Positions 16,908 through 24,760 of a stretch of 28,007 nucleotides of DNA are shown in pieces (position 1 is the stretch's first letter; every line of letters starts with the position of its first letter). The notes under the pieces were generated by a model. It was not told where the DNA came from. It saw only the letters and a program-made list of their open reading frames with translations, and made no database searches. Location: positions 1 through 28,007 of IMG/VR virus record IMGVR_UViG_3300017912_000615; one strand, written 5' to 3'. The position numbers and the translations under genes are program-made. This DNA comes from a virus (lineage: Duplodnaviria > Caudoviricetes).

Positions 16908-17934
16908 TATAGGAAGCATAACAGAACTCAAAGGAGTAGGGAGAGTAGTAAGGGAGCAAGACCCCTTTGCTGCTGCTCTCGCCTTTGGTATTAATAGTTT
17001 TGATAATGTCGAGACTTCACAGGGTCGCATAGGCATTACCTTTCTTGACGAATCTCAAGTCCGTCTGACAGAACATTCACAGTTAGTTATAGATGAGTTT
17101 ATCTATGACCCTGACCCATCTAAATCTAAGATGGCTCTTAAGTTTGCTAGTGGTACTGCTCGGTTTATTACCGGCAAACTAGCATCAATCAATAAAGAAA
17201 ACATATCTATTGAAACTCCTAGTGCTACGATTGGTATCAGGGGTACAGATTTTACTGTCACTGTTGATGAACTCGGCAGGTCTTTGATAATTCTACTACC
17301 TAAAGAAGATGGTTTAGCTTCTGGTGAGATTGTTGTTTCTACTGCTGCTGGTCAAGTAGTTCTCAACAAGCCCTACGAAGCTACTACAGTTGAGTTGTTT
17401 GAATCAGCTCCAAGCAGACCAGTTATCTTGGATTTAACCTTAGACATTATCGACAATATGCTGATTGTCAATCCACCAAAAGAAGACCCGAACTTTGTTA
17501 GTGACGAACAACAAACAGAAGGCTCAGATAATATTCTTGATATTGACTACTTAGAGTTTGATGAACTAGAACAAGACTATTTAGCAGAAGATAACCTAGA
17601 GTTCACCGAACTTGACATCAATTATTTAGATGTCAATTTCTTGGAAGACCTGTTAGATATTATTCAAGAAGTAGATGAGCTAGACCAAAATGTTTTAACA
17701 GTCGGAGGTGTTGACGTGCAAGGTACAGCTTTTGGTTATGATGCTGATACACAGATTAATACATTCCTAACTGACACTGTCTTAACTTTTTACCGACAAG
17801 TTGAAGATACTGTTAGATTAGATTTAGATACGAACAACAGTTATAAGGTTTTAATTATACAAGATGGCAAAGCAATTACTATCACTCTTAATGGTGGCAG
17901 TGACTCTTCCATTACTATCAAGCAGTCCGGATAA
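16822..17934 (+). CDS. Exported FecR-domain protein with an acidic repeat linker and a C-terminal beta-rich domain (370 aa)
   Basis: GTG start and signal peptide. FecR-family motifs VETSQGRIGITFLDESQVRLTEHSQL, GTARF and IETPSATIGIRGTDF. FecR-domain genes are commonly adjacent to CHASE2 sensors. Confidence 0.8.
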   Translation: MIGSRLLLLVMVVLSALSKTIQAQPQVASIGSITELKGVGRVVREQDPFAAALAFGINSFDNVETSQGRIGITFLDESQVRLTEHSQLVIDEFIYDPDPSKSKMALKFASGTARFITGKLASINKENISIETPSATIGIRGTDFTVTVDELGRSLIILLPKEDGLASGEIVVSTAAGQVVLNKPYEATTVELFESAPSRPVILDLTLDIIDNMLIVNPPKEDPNFVSDEQQTEGSDNILDIDYLEFDELEQDYLAEDNLEFTELDINYLDVNFLEDLLDIIQEVDELDQNVLTVGGVDVQGTAFGYDADTQINTFLTDTVLTFYRQVEDTVRLDLDTNNSYKVLIIQDGKAITITLNGGSDSSITIKQSG

Positions 17935-18316
17935 GCCTGATATATATTGGCAGATTACTAAAGCACCTTACCTAGAGAAACCACAACCACAGGTAGATTA
18001 CAGTTTACCTAAGTATGTTTTTGACTTTGATATTAGTGAACGAACTAAACTACAAACTTATTATGCTTTAATCAATGGCTTAGATATCTACACAACTCAT
18101 CGAGCAGTTAGTGGTGGTTATGCTGTTGAAGTCAATCCTGTTATTGGTGATAGACCAAGTCTAACAACACTCATAACTACGAAAGGTATTGTTACTCTTG
18201 TTCTTCATGTTGAGGGTTCGTTATACGATGAAAACTTTTTGTATCTAACCAATGCTTTGACAACTCTTGCAGTCTTAAATAATTTATATGTCATATACAA
18301 GGCTGGTGATTTATGA
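17864..18316 (+). CDS. Membrane protein with a DUF5658-like C-terminal domain (150 aa)
   Basis: N-terminal hydrophobic signal. LDIYTT...GYAVEVNPV matches the D-x-x-T-T...G-x-x-E-x-N-P motif of DUF5658, with flanking hydrophobic helices. ATGA coupling to the cyclase. Confidence 0.55.
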   Translation: MAKQLLSLLMVAVTLPLLSSSPDKPDIYWQITKAPYLEKPQPQVDYSLPKYVFDFDISERTKLQTYYALINGLDIYTTHRAVSGGYAVEVNPVIGDRPSLTTLITTKGIVTLVLHVEGSLYDENFLYLTNALTTLAVLNNLYVIYKAGDL

Positions 18317-20055
18317 AGTGGGCTAGTATCTTATTATTCTTTTTAACATTACCTCTAGTCTTCAATGCTCCACCTCTGGAGATACTAAGACTTAAAACTT
18401 TTGATGCCCTTGTCGAGACTCCAGAGCCGACAGGTTACTTTACCATCCTCAACATTGATGAAGAATATCTTGACAAAGAAGGTGGTTATCCACTCCCTAG
18501 AGCAACATTAGCAGATATCCATCTAAAACTTTTACAAAAAGGTGCGATAGGTGTAGGTTGGGTCATGTTGTTTCCCCATCCTGATAGGCTTGGTGGTGAT
18601 GAAGACTTTGCCTATATGCTCAGCTTAGCTCCTAGTGTGATAGCTATGCCTGAAATAAACAATGACCAGTATCCAGAAACACATGGTACAGTTATCCTTG
18701 GTCCTGATGTCACCTTACCTCAAGCTCAAGGCTTTCTAGAAAATATTCCCCAACTGAAAGAAGCATCTGCTCAAGGAGCAGTCTCAGTCCCTGTTGATGT
18801 TGACAATTTAGTAAGACAGATTCCTCTCATCCAACAAACCCCAGAGGGCTGGGTCGCTTCCTTCGGTACTGAAGTCTTGAAGATACTTGGTGGTGGTAAT
18901 ACTTATCAAATCAAAACAAATGAGAATGGTATTGAGATGATAAGAGTAAAAGGCATACCTCCTATCCCCACAGATAGCTCAGGCAAGAAATGGATTAGTT
19001 GGGTTGATACGCCACAAACAGATTTAGTAGAGATGGATGTCAAAGATAAGTTTGTTTTTGTTGGGTTTACTGCCAAAGGTATCATGCCACAGGTAGCAAC
19101 ACCTGTTGGACTACTAGAACCACACAAAATACAGGCAGCATTAGCAGAATCTATACTTTTAGAAACACCCAATGTCCCGGAGTACCGATTATTAGCGGAG
19201 CTTGGAATATTGGTTTTTTTCGGCCTCCTTATTTCGCTTCTAACGCATTCTTTAGGAATTACGAAGGGCATAGTAGCGGCAGGGTTTGCCTATGTTTCTG
19301 TGGGATATTTGGGTTGGCATCTTATACAAAAAAATCTACTAATTGATGTGACTTGGACCATGATTGCTATGTTCATTCTTGCTGCTCAACAATTTTATTT
19401 AAACTTCAGAACACAATATCAACTACGACAACAAATCAAAAAACAATTTGAACATTATCTTGACCCACGACAAGTTAAAAGATTACAAGATAATCCAGAA
19501 CTTTTAAAACTTGGTGGTGAAAATAGAAGATGTACTATTTTATTTACAGATGTCAGAGGTTTTACTTCTTTGTCTGAAAGACTAGAACCTGAAGAAGTGA
19601 CAGAAATAATGAACAAAGCCTTAACCATTCAGGAGAATGCAGTCAAAGCTAATGATGGGATGGTAGATAAGTATATTGGTGATGCGATGATGGCTATCTT
19701 TAATGCACCTATGGATTTAGATAATCATGAAGACAAAGCTATCGCCACAGCAATTCAAATAGCACACGACATAAAAGCAGCAGACTTAGGTATTGATGTT
19801 GGAATTGGAATAAATTCTGGCAAATGCGTTGTAGGTAATATGGGAAGTTCATCTCGTTTTGATTATACAGCTATAGGTGATGCCGTTAATTTAGCAGCAC
19901 GGTTAGAAAGTTCTACTAAGGAAGTACAAAAGGATATCGTCATAGGTGAAGAAACCATGAAAGGCTCTTCCTATGTTTTAGAAAAATTATCTGCTATTAA
20001 AGTGAAAGGTAAGGAGAAGGCAGTAAATATCTTTACTTATCCTTCATCCGCCTAG
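18313..20055 (+). CDS. CHASE2-domain membrane-bound class III adenylate cyclase (580 aa)
   Basis: N-terminal TM. CHASE2 motifs (LNIDEEYL..GGYPLPRA, FPHPDRLGGD, DVDNLVRQIPL, VFVGFTA..TPVG..PHKIQA) followed by 3 TMs. Cyclase core ILFTDVRGFT, DKYIGD, GIGINSG and FDYTAIGDAVNLAARLES. Confidence 0.93.
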   Translation: MKWASILLFFLTLPLVFNAPPLEILRLKTFDALVETPEPTGYFTILNIDEEYLDKEGGYPLPRATLADIHLKLLQKGAIGVGWVMLFPHPDRLGGDEDFAYMLSLAPSVIAMPEINNDQYPETHGTVILGPDVTLPQAQGFLENIPQLKEASAQGAVSVPVDVDNLVRQIPLIQQTPEGWVASFGTEVLKILGGGNTYQIKTNENGIEMIRVKGIPPIPTDSSGKKWISWVDTPQTDLVEMDVKDKFVFVGFTAKGIMPQVATPVGLLEPHKIQAALAESILLETPNVPEYRLLAELGILVFFGLLISLLTHSLGITKGIVAAGFAYVSVGYLGWHLIQKNLLIDVTWTMIAMFILAAQQFYLNFRTQYQLRQQIKKQFEHYLDPRQVKRLQDNPELLKLGGENRRCTILFTDVRGFTSLSERLEPEEVTEIMNKALTIQENAVKANDGMVDKYIGDAMMAIFNAPMDLDNHEDKAIATAIQIAHDIKAADLGIDVGIGINSGKCVVGNMGSSSRFDYTAIGDAVNLAARLESSTKEVQKDIVIGEETMKGSSYVLEKLSAIKVKGKEKAVNIFTYPSSA

Positions 20056-20257
20056 CATTTAAATTTGCTTCTATAAGATTGTGTACTTTATCTAGTTCTA
20101 GTTTGGCAATTCTTAAGATAGTTTGTAAGGTGTCGTATTCGTATTCTTTAAACTGATTACGTATCTCATCTATCTTAGCGATACTTCTCTCACTTATTAA
20201 CTTACCTTTACTATCAAAAACAATTTTGTAACTAATTAGATTCGCTTCCTTTGACAT
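20033..20257 (-). CDS. Hypothetical protein (74 aa, MSKEANLISYKIVFDSKGKL...)
   Basis: Last gene of the minus arm. The ATG at 20257 overlaps the nrdB 3' end and is preferred to the 20278 start in the ORF track. Confidence 0.55.
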   Translation of the reverse strand: MSKEANLISYKIVFDSKGKLISERSIAKIDEIRNQFKEYEYDTLQTILRIAKLELDKVHNLIEANLNARRMKDK

Positions 20258-21221
20258 CGGCAAACTCCAATTTACCATAGTCTCCTCTCAGTCCCGCCTT
20301 CATATAAGAAGTAGCACGACCTTCAAAGAAGTTCTGGTGTTCAACTCCGGTTACCTCGTCTAGCCACGGAAGGGGATTATCCTTCTGTCCATAATTAGGT
20401 TTGAGACCAATCTGTAATAGTCTTCTATCAGCTATGTATCTATTGTATTTATACATATCAGATTTGGTTAACCCTTTTATGTCTCCCATTTCAAACACTA
20501 AGTCTAAAAATTTATCTTCTAGTTCTACCATCTGTCTGCAGATATCATAAATTTCTTTTTTGAAATCATCAGTCCAGATGTCTAGGTTCTCTTTGATAAA
20601 CTCTTTAAATAATCTTGTCATTCCTTCCACATGCAAAGATTCATCACGGATAGAATAGGTGACTATCTGACCCATGCCTTTCATCTTTCCAAACCTAGGA
20701 AAGTTTAACAAGATAGCAAAGCTACTAAACAACTGTAGTCCCTCAGTAAATGCTGAGTAAACTGCTAATGTTTTAGCTATCTCTCTTTTATTAGCTCTGC
20801 TCGGTTTAAACTGTTCAATGTAATCATGCTTGTCTGCCATTGCCTTATAGTCAGAAAAGGCCTTATATTCAGAATCAGGCATTCCTACAGTATCTAATAG
20901 TAGGGAATAAGAATGTTGATGGATAGCTTCCATGTTACCGAAAGACAACATCATCATCCTAGCTTCCGGACTTTTGAAGATAGGTAAATACTTATCAACA
21001 TATCCTCCAGCTACATCTACGTCTGATTGTGTGAACAATCTAAATATTTGTGTCAATAAACTTTTTTCATTGTCATTTAGTTTCTCATTCCAATCTTTCA
21101 CATCTGCGTGAAGAGGAACAGAAGCAGGATGCCAATGCATTTGGTTTTGTAAATCGTAATATTCAAACATCCAAGGATGCTCAAATGGTTTGTAGTAATC
21201 TCTTGCTTTTAATAAACTCAT
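20232..21221 (-). CDS. nrdB: Ribonucleotide reductase class Ia beta subunit
   Basis: Ferritin-like di-iron ligands: FTQSD, EAIH followed by the radical Tyr (HSY), FTEGLQLFSSF and RDESLH. C-terminal NFFE..TSY. Confidence 0.95.
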   Translation of the reverse strand: MSLLKARDYYKPFEHPWMFEYYDLQNQMHWHPASVPLHADVKDWNEKLNDNEKSLLTQIFRLFTQSDVDVAGGYVDKYLPIFKSPEARMMMLSFGNMEAIHQHSYSLLLDTVGMPDSEYKAFSDYKAMADKHDYIEQFKPSRANKREIAKTLAVYSAFTEGLQLFSSFAILLNFPRFGKMKGMGQIVTYSIRDESLHVEGMTRLFKEFIKENLDIWTDDFKKEIYDICRQMVELEDKFLDLVFEMGDIKGLTKSDMYKYNRYIADRRLLQIGLKPNYGQKDNPLPWLDEVTGVEHQNFFEGRATSYMKAGLRGDYGKLEFADVKGSESN

Positions 21222-21430
21222 TATGCCTCCTTAAAATATGTGTTTAACATTTCTAACTTATCGTGGTAGCTAGATATTATTTCTAATTCTTTTTCAATGG
21301 TCTCAACAATATCAGGATGTTCTCCAACACCAACTGTATTATCTAACATAACTTCCACATTAACTACGTGTTTTGCGATTTCACCTTCAAAGTATTTTTT
21401 TGAAGATTTTAATATTCTATTTCTAAACAT
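21221..21430 (-). CDS. Conserved marine phage hypothetical protein (69 aa, GVGEHPD motif)
   Basis: TAATG coupling to nrdB. Helix-GxGEHxD-helix pattern that I recall from marine phages. Confidence 0.7.
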   Translation of the reverse strand: MFRNRILKSSKKYFEGEIAKHVVNVEVMLDNTVGVGEHPDIVETIEKELEIISSYHDKLEMLNTYFKEA

Positions 21431-21617
21431 TTTCTATTTCTTTTGCTCCTCTTTTCATTTCTTCCCAAACTGTCATAGGAAGCTTTATATTTTTATTTAA
21501 TATTTTTAAATATGCGAATTTTGTTTTTTCATTTACTTCAACAGTTTTATATCCTGACTTAACATAAGGATGTTCATATCCTGTAAAATAAACTGTATAT
21601 TTACTTACCTTGCCCAC
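21423..21617 (-). CDS. Hypothetical protein (64 aa, GTG start)
   Basis: Overlaps both neighbours within the minus-strand operon. Confidence 0.55.
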   Translation of the reverse strand: MGKVSKYTVYFTGYEHPYVKSGYKTVEVNEKTKFAYLKILNKNIKLPMTVWEEMKRGAKEIENV

Positions 21618-21759
21618 GATACTTTTTAAAATTCCTTTTATAATTTTTATTCATTGTTGCTCTAGCTAAGTTCCTTCTGCCTTGCGAAGTCTTCTTACCT
21701 CTTACTCCTGTAACTGGAACATGGCCTTTACTAAATTGATTCTTAGATTTCTTAGGCAT
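21601..21759 (-). CDS. Small highly basic protein (52 aa, MPKKSKNQFSKGHVPVTGVRGKKTSQGRRNLARATMNKNYKRNFKKYRGQGK), not in the ORF track
   Basis: The ATG overlaps the nrdA stop (TAATG) and the ORF fills the gap. The KKTSQG...KKYRGQG pattern is one I recall as widespread in aquatic phages. Confidence 0.75.
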   Translation of the reverse strand: MPKKSKNQFSKGHVPVTGVRGKKTSQGRRNLARATMNKNYKRNFKKYRGQGK

Positions 21760-23651
21760 TATCCCTCACAGGCGATACATTCAACTTCATCTAACTTAAT
21801 GCGTTGAATCTTTACATTAACATTTTCTGCAGCTTTTGCAGCATCTGACCTAAAATAGTATAAGGATTTTAGTTTATGCATAGCGTACCAATGCACATCG
21901 TTAACATATTGTAGATACTTATCATGTTCTTCTTGAGGTGCAGTTGCCTTTGGTGGCACAAAAAATAAGTTAACACTTTGAGCCTGACAAACAAACTCTT
22001 GTCTGATATGAGCATGTTCAACTAATTGAACTTGATTTATCTCATCAGCAGTTTTAAATATTTCTTTTTCCTCATCACTAAAAATATCTAGCTCTTGAAT
22101 AGAACCTCTGTTGTCTAGTATCTGACCCCATAAGTTTTCTACTTCTTCTTTCTTGAGACCTTTCTTTTTGATTGTCTTGTCAAGGTATTTGTTGCGGACT
22201 TTGAAGTTCCCAGAAAGAGTTTTGTGCGTATAAACGTTAGCACGTATCGGCTCAATCGAAGGAGATGTCCCACCACAAATAATACTAGAAGAGGCATTAG
22301 GAGCAATAGCAAGAAGATGACAGTTCCTGCGTAAATCACCGAGTGCATCAGGGCAATTCCCCCTATCTCTCCCCAAATCTTCGCTTGTTTTAACAGCTTC
22401 TGACTTGATGTATTTAAACATTTCTCGATTAATTGAAGTCTGTACGATACCTGCGAATGGAAGGTTTTTACTTTGGAGATAAGAGTGGAACCCCATTGCT
22501 CCAAGACCGATAGACCTTTCACGATAAGCGGAGAAGGCTGCTTTTTTGTAACCTTTCTTCCCTTTTTTGACGTAGCTTTTGAACCTTTTGTAATTGGCAT
22601 TGTATTCTCCTAACATAGATGTATCCACAACATGCTCAATAAAATGTTCTAGCACATTGTCTAACATGGTTACTAAATCACGAATGAAAAACTTATTCTT
22701 TTTCCATTTGTCATAATGCTCTAAGTTAACACTAGACAAGCAACAAACAGCTGTGCGTTCTTCGTTGGTTGCTAAAGTTATTTCAGAACATAAATTACTT
22801 TGTTTAATTTCAAGACCTAATTCTTTTTGTCCGGCTGGTAAAGCTTCATTACAAGTATCAATGTTAATCATGTAAGGCTCACCTGTTTCAGCACGGGCAT
22901 CTAATAGCTTCGACCATAAATCTCTAGCCTTGACAGTCTTGATAGCTTCATTGGATTTAGGGTCTATCAATCGCCAATCGGCATCTTCTTCAACAGCTTT
23001 TAAAAAGTCATTGTTAAGATTGACACCGTTGTGAAGATTGAGATTCTTTCTGTTTAAATCACCGCCTGATTCTTTTCTCATAGCGATGAACTCTTCAATT
23101 TCAGGATGCCAGATATCCATGTAGGCTGCGTAAGAACCTCGTCTGGTTGTGCCTTGATTGAAAGCCAACATCTGTGAATCGACCACATGCATGAAAGGTA
23201 TTGAACCAGTAGACTTAGAACCATGAGTAGTAGAAACACCATCACTTCTAACATCTCCCCAATAGCCACCAATGCCGCCACCAGATGAAGCCAACCAAAT
23301 GTTTTCATCGTAATGTTCTGATAAGCCTTCTCGACTATCAGGTACATAGTTTAGAAAGCAACTGATAGGTAAACCTCTAGTTGTCCCACCATTGGATAGG
23401 ATAGGGGTACTGAACATGAACCAGAGATTAGAAGCATAGTCATAGATTCGTTGAGCCATTTCAAAATCAGTATGGCCTTGGTAGGTACTGACAAAAACTG
23501 CGGCTCGGGCAAAAGCTTCTTGCGGAGAAGTTTCATCTTGCCAAAGATATCTATCAGTTAGAGTATTAAGACTAAAGCCATCTAGCTTCTTGTCTCTATC
23601 GTAATCTATGTCAATTCCTAAGTATGGTTTTACTCCAACTTTATCTATCAT
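21759..23651 (-). CDS. nrdA: Ribonucleotide reductase class Ia alpha subunit (no N-terminal ATP cone)
   Basis: STPILSN, ISCF, QSNLCSEI (catalytic N-x-C-x-E), VCCLSS, APNASSS, SLYY and a C-terminal CIAC redox pair. Confidence 0.95.
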   Translation of the reverse strand: MIDKVGVKPYLGIDIDYDRDKKLDGFSLNTLTDRYLWQDETSPQEAFARAAVFVSTYQGHTDFEMAQRIYDYASNLWFMFSTPILSNGGTTRGLPISCFLNYVPDSREGLSEHYDENIWLASSGGGIGGYWGDVRSDGVSTTHGSKSTGSIPFMHVVDSQMLAFNQGTTRRGSYAAYMDIWHPEIEEFIAMRKESGGDLNRKNLNLHNGVNLNNDFLKAVEEDADWRLIDPKSNEAIKTVKARDLWSKLLDARAETGEPYMINIDTCNEALPAGQKELGLEIKQSNLCSEITLATNEERTAVCCLSSVNLEHYDKWKKNKFFIRDLVTMLDNVLEHFIEHVVDTSMLGEYNANYKRFKSYVKKGKKGYKKAAFSAYRERSIGLGAMGFHSYLQSKNLPFAGIVQTSINREMFKYIKSEAVKTSEDLGRDRGNCPDALGDLRRNCHLLAIAPNASSSIICGGTSPSIEPIRANVYTHKTLSGNFKVRNKYLDKTIKKKGLKKEEVENLWGQILDNRGSIQELDIFSDEEKEIFKTADEINQVQLVEHAHIRQEFVCQAQSVNLFFVPPKATAPQEEHDKYLQYVNDVHWYAMHKLKSLYYFRSDAAKAAENVNVKIQRIKLDEVECIACEG

Positions 23652-23904
23652 TATTTCCTTCTATGTATAAAGCTATGATGGCATAGTGAACTATCTTCAT
23701 CAGCTCTTTTCTTTTTTCATCTTTCTTACCGCACCTCATCGCATACTTCATGATGTTACCGATACTAAAAGATTCACCATGTCCGGCATCAATAATCATA
23801 TCAGTAGCCTGATACTTACCACTGGCATAGTGTTGGTCGTAAGTAGAGTCGATGTACTTTTTAATCTCTTTTAAAATCTTATCTTCGTTAAACTTGTAGT
23901 TCAT
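23641..23904 (-). CDS. DUF3310 family protein (related to the T7 gp1.7 nucleotide kinase domain)
   Basis: HY...QATDMI...F.IGNIMKYA.R.GKK...ELMKIVHY motif, located next to nrdA. Confidence 0.75.
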   Translation of the reverse strand: MNYKFNEDKILKEIKKYIDSTYDQHYASGKYQATDMIIDAGHGESFSIGNIMKYAMRCGKKDEKRKELMKIVHYAIIALYIEGNNDR

Positions 23905-24760
23905 GCGTTATTTCTTCTACTTGCGGTTCTCTCTTTACTGTTGTTAAAAAGACTGGACCTTTGGCATAGTTAAATGCTCTAAGTCCCTGTCCATCATTGG
24001 CATCTTTATGGCATTCAAACTTGTGTGGACAGTATGTACATTCACGAGCTAATTTGAAATTACCAGATGACCCATCTGCGACAGGTGCATAACAAAGTTC
24101 AGGTGGATTTTTTTCGTTAAGTGCAGACTTAACCTTTTTAATTCTAGTCCGTATATTGGGTTTGTCAAGTTCTTCTGGTAGAAACAGACATAATTCTCCA
24201 GTTTCTTTGTTGATTGCTAAGAAGCCTCCAGCTTCTGAACCTTCTGCAGTTTCATACCCTGCGAGTTGAGCCATGTAACCAAAGCTATCATCTTCGGGTA
24301 AAGTTCCAGTTTTAAATTTCTTAAAACCGTAGCCGGAGGCAGACTTAATATCTATGACTTCGCCATCAATCTTACAGTCCATGTGACCCATGATGCCATC
24401 AATCGTAATTTCTTTTTGTTCGTCAGTAACTTTGTGTCCAGCTATTTCAACCAAGAAAAGCACCAGTCGTTCTAAGATATGACCATACAAAAACTTAATC
24501 ATTGTCGGAGCAGGAACCCCACTTGATGTTCTGTCTGAATGCATGTCGTACCACAACTGACGTGATGGTTTACCTATGTTTGACATACGTAATGTGAATT
24601 TTCTGGCGGCTCTAGGTGTAGCCCAGTCTCGTAAAGCATGTTCCATGAACTTACCAAAAGACTCGTATTGTTGTTCGGTTATCTTAAGAGGTTTACCCTC
24701 TCCTAATTTACCAACTACTTTATAGATATCATCTATTAAAGTGTCAAGTTTCTTCTTCAT
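23888..24760 (-). CDS. PD-(D/E)XK Cas4/RecB-like exonuclease
   Basis: RMSNIG..RQLWY, GHILE, GHMDCKIDGEVIDIKS (D...DxK), YMAQLAGY (QxxxY) and a C-terminal CxxCxxxxxC cluster. Confidence 0.8.
   Translation of the reverse strand: MKKKLDTLIDDIYKVVGKLGEGKPLKITEQQYESFGKFMEHALRDWATPRAARKFTLRMSNIGKPSRQLWYDMHSDRTSSGVPAPTMIKFLYGHILERLVLFLVEIAGHKVTDEQKEITIDGIMGHMDCKIDGEVIDIKSASGYGFKKFKTGTLPEDDSFGYMAQLAGYETAEGSEAGGFLAINKETGELCLFLPEELDKPNIRTRIKKVKSALNEKNPPELCYAPVADGSSGNFKLARECTYCPHKFECHKDANDGQGLRAFNYAKGPVFLTTVKREPQVEEITHELQV

Noticed and set aside
18313-20055. Pycsar/CBASS-type defence cyclase
   Set aside because: The CHASE2-TM receptor architecture and Lys/Asp adenine-specifying residues do not fit, and there is no adjacent cNMP-binding effector.
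22139-22600. 153-aa alternative-frame ORF inside nrdA (also 23078..23347 and 23351..23536)
   Set aside because: Fully nested in a conserved enzyme gene, with no motif or clear RBS. Likely frame shadows.
23888-24760. Cas4-like gene as evidence of a CRISPR-Cas system
   Set aside because: There is no cas1/cas2 or array. Solo Cas4-like nucleases are common in phage replication modules.
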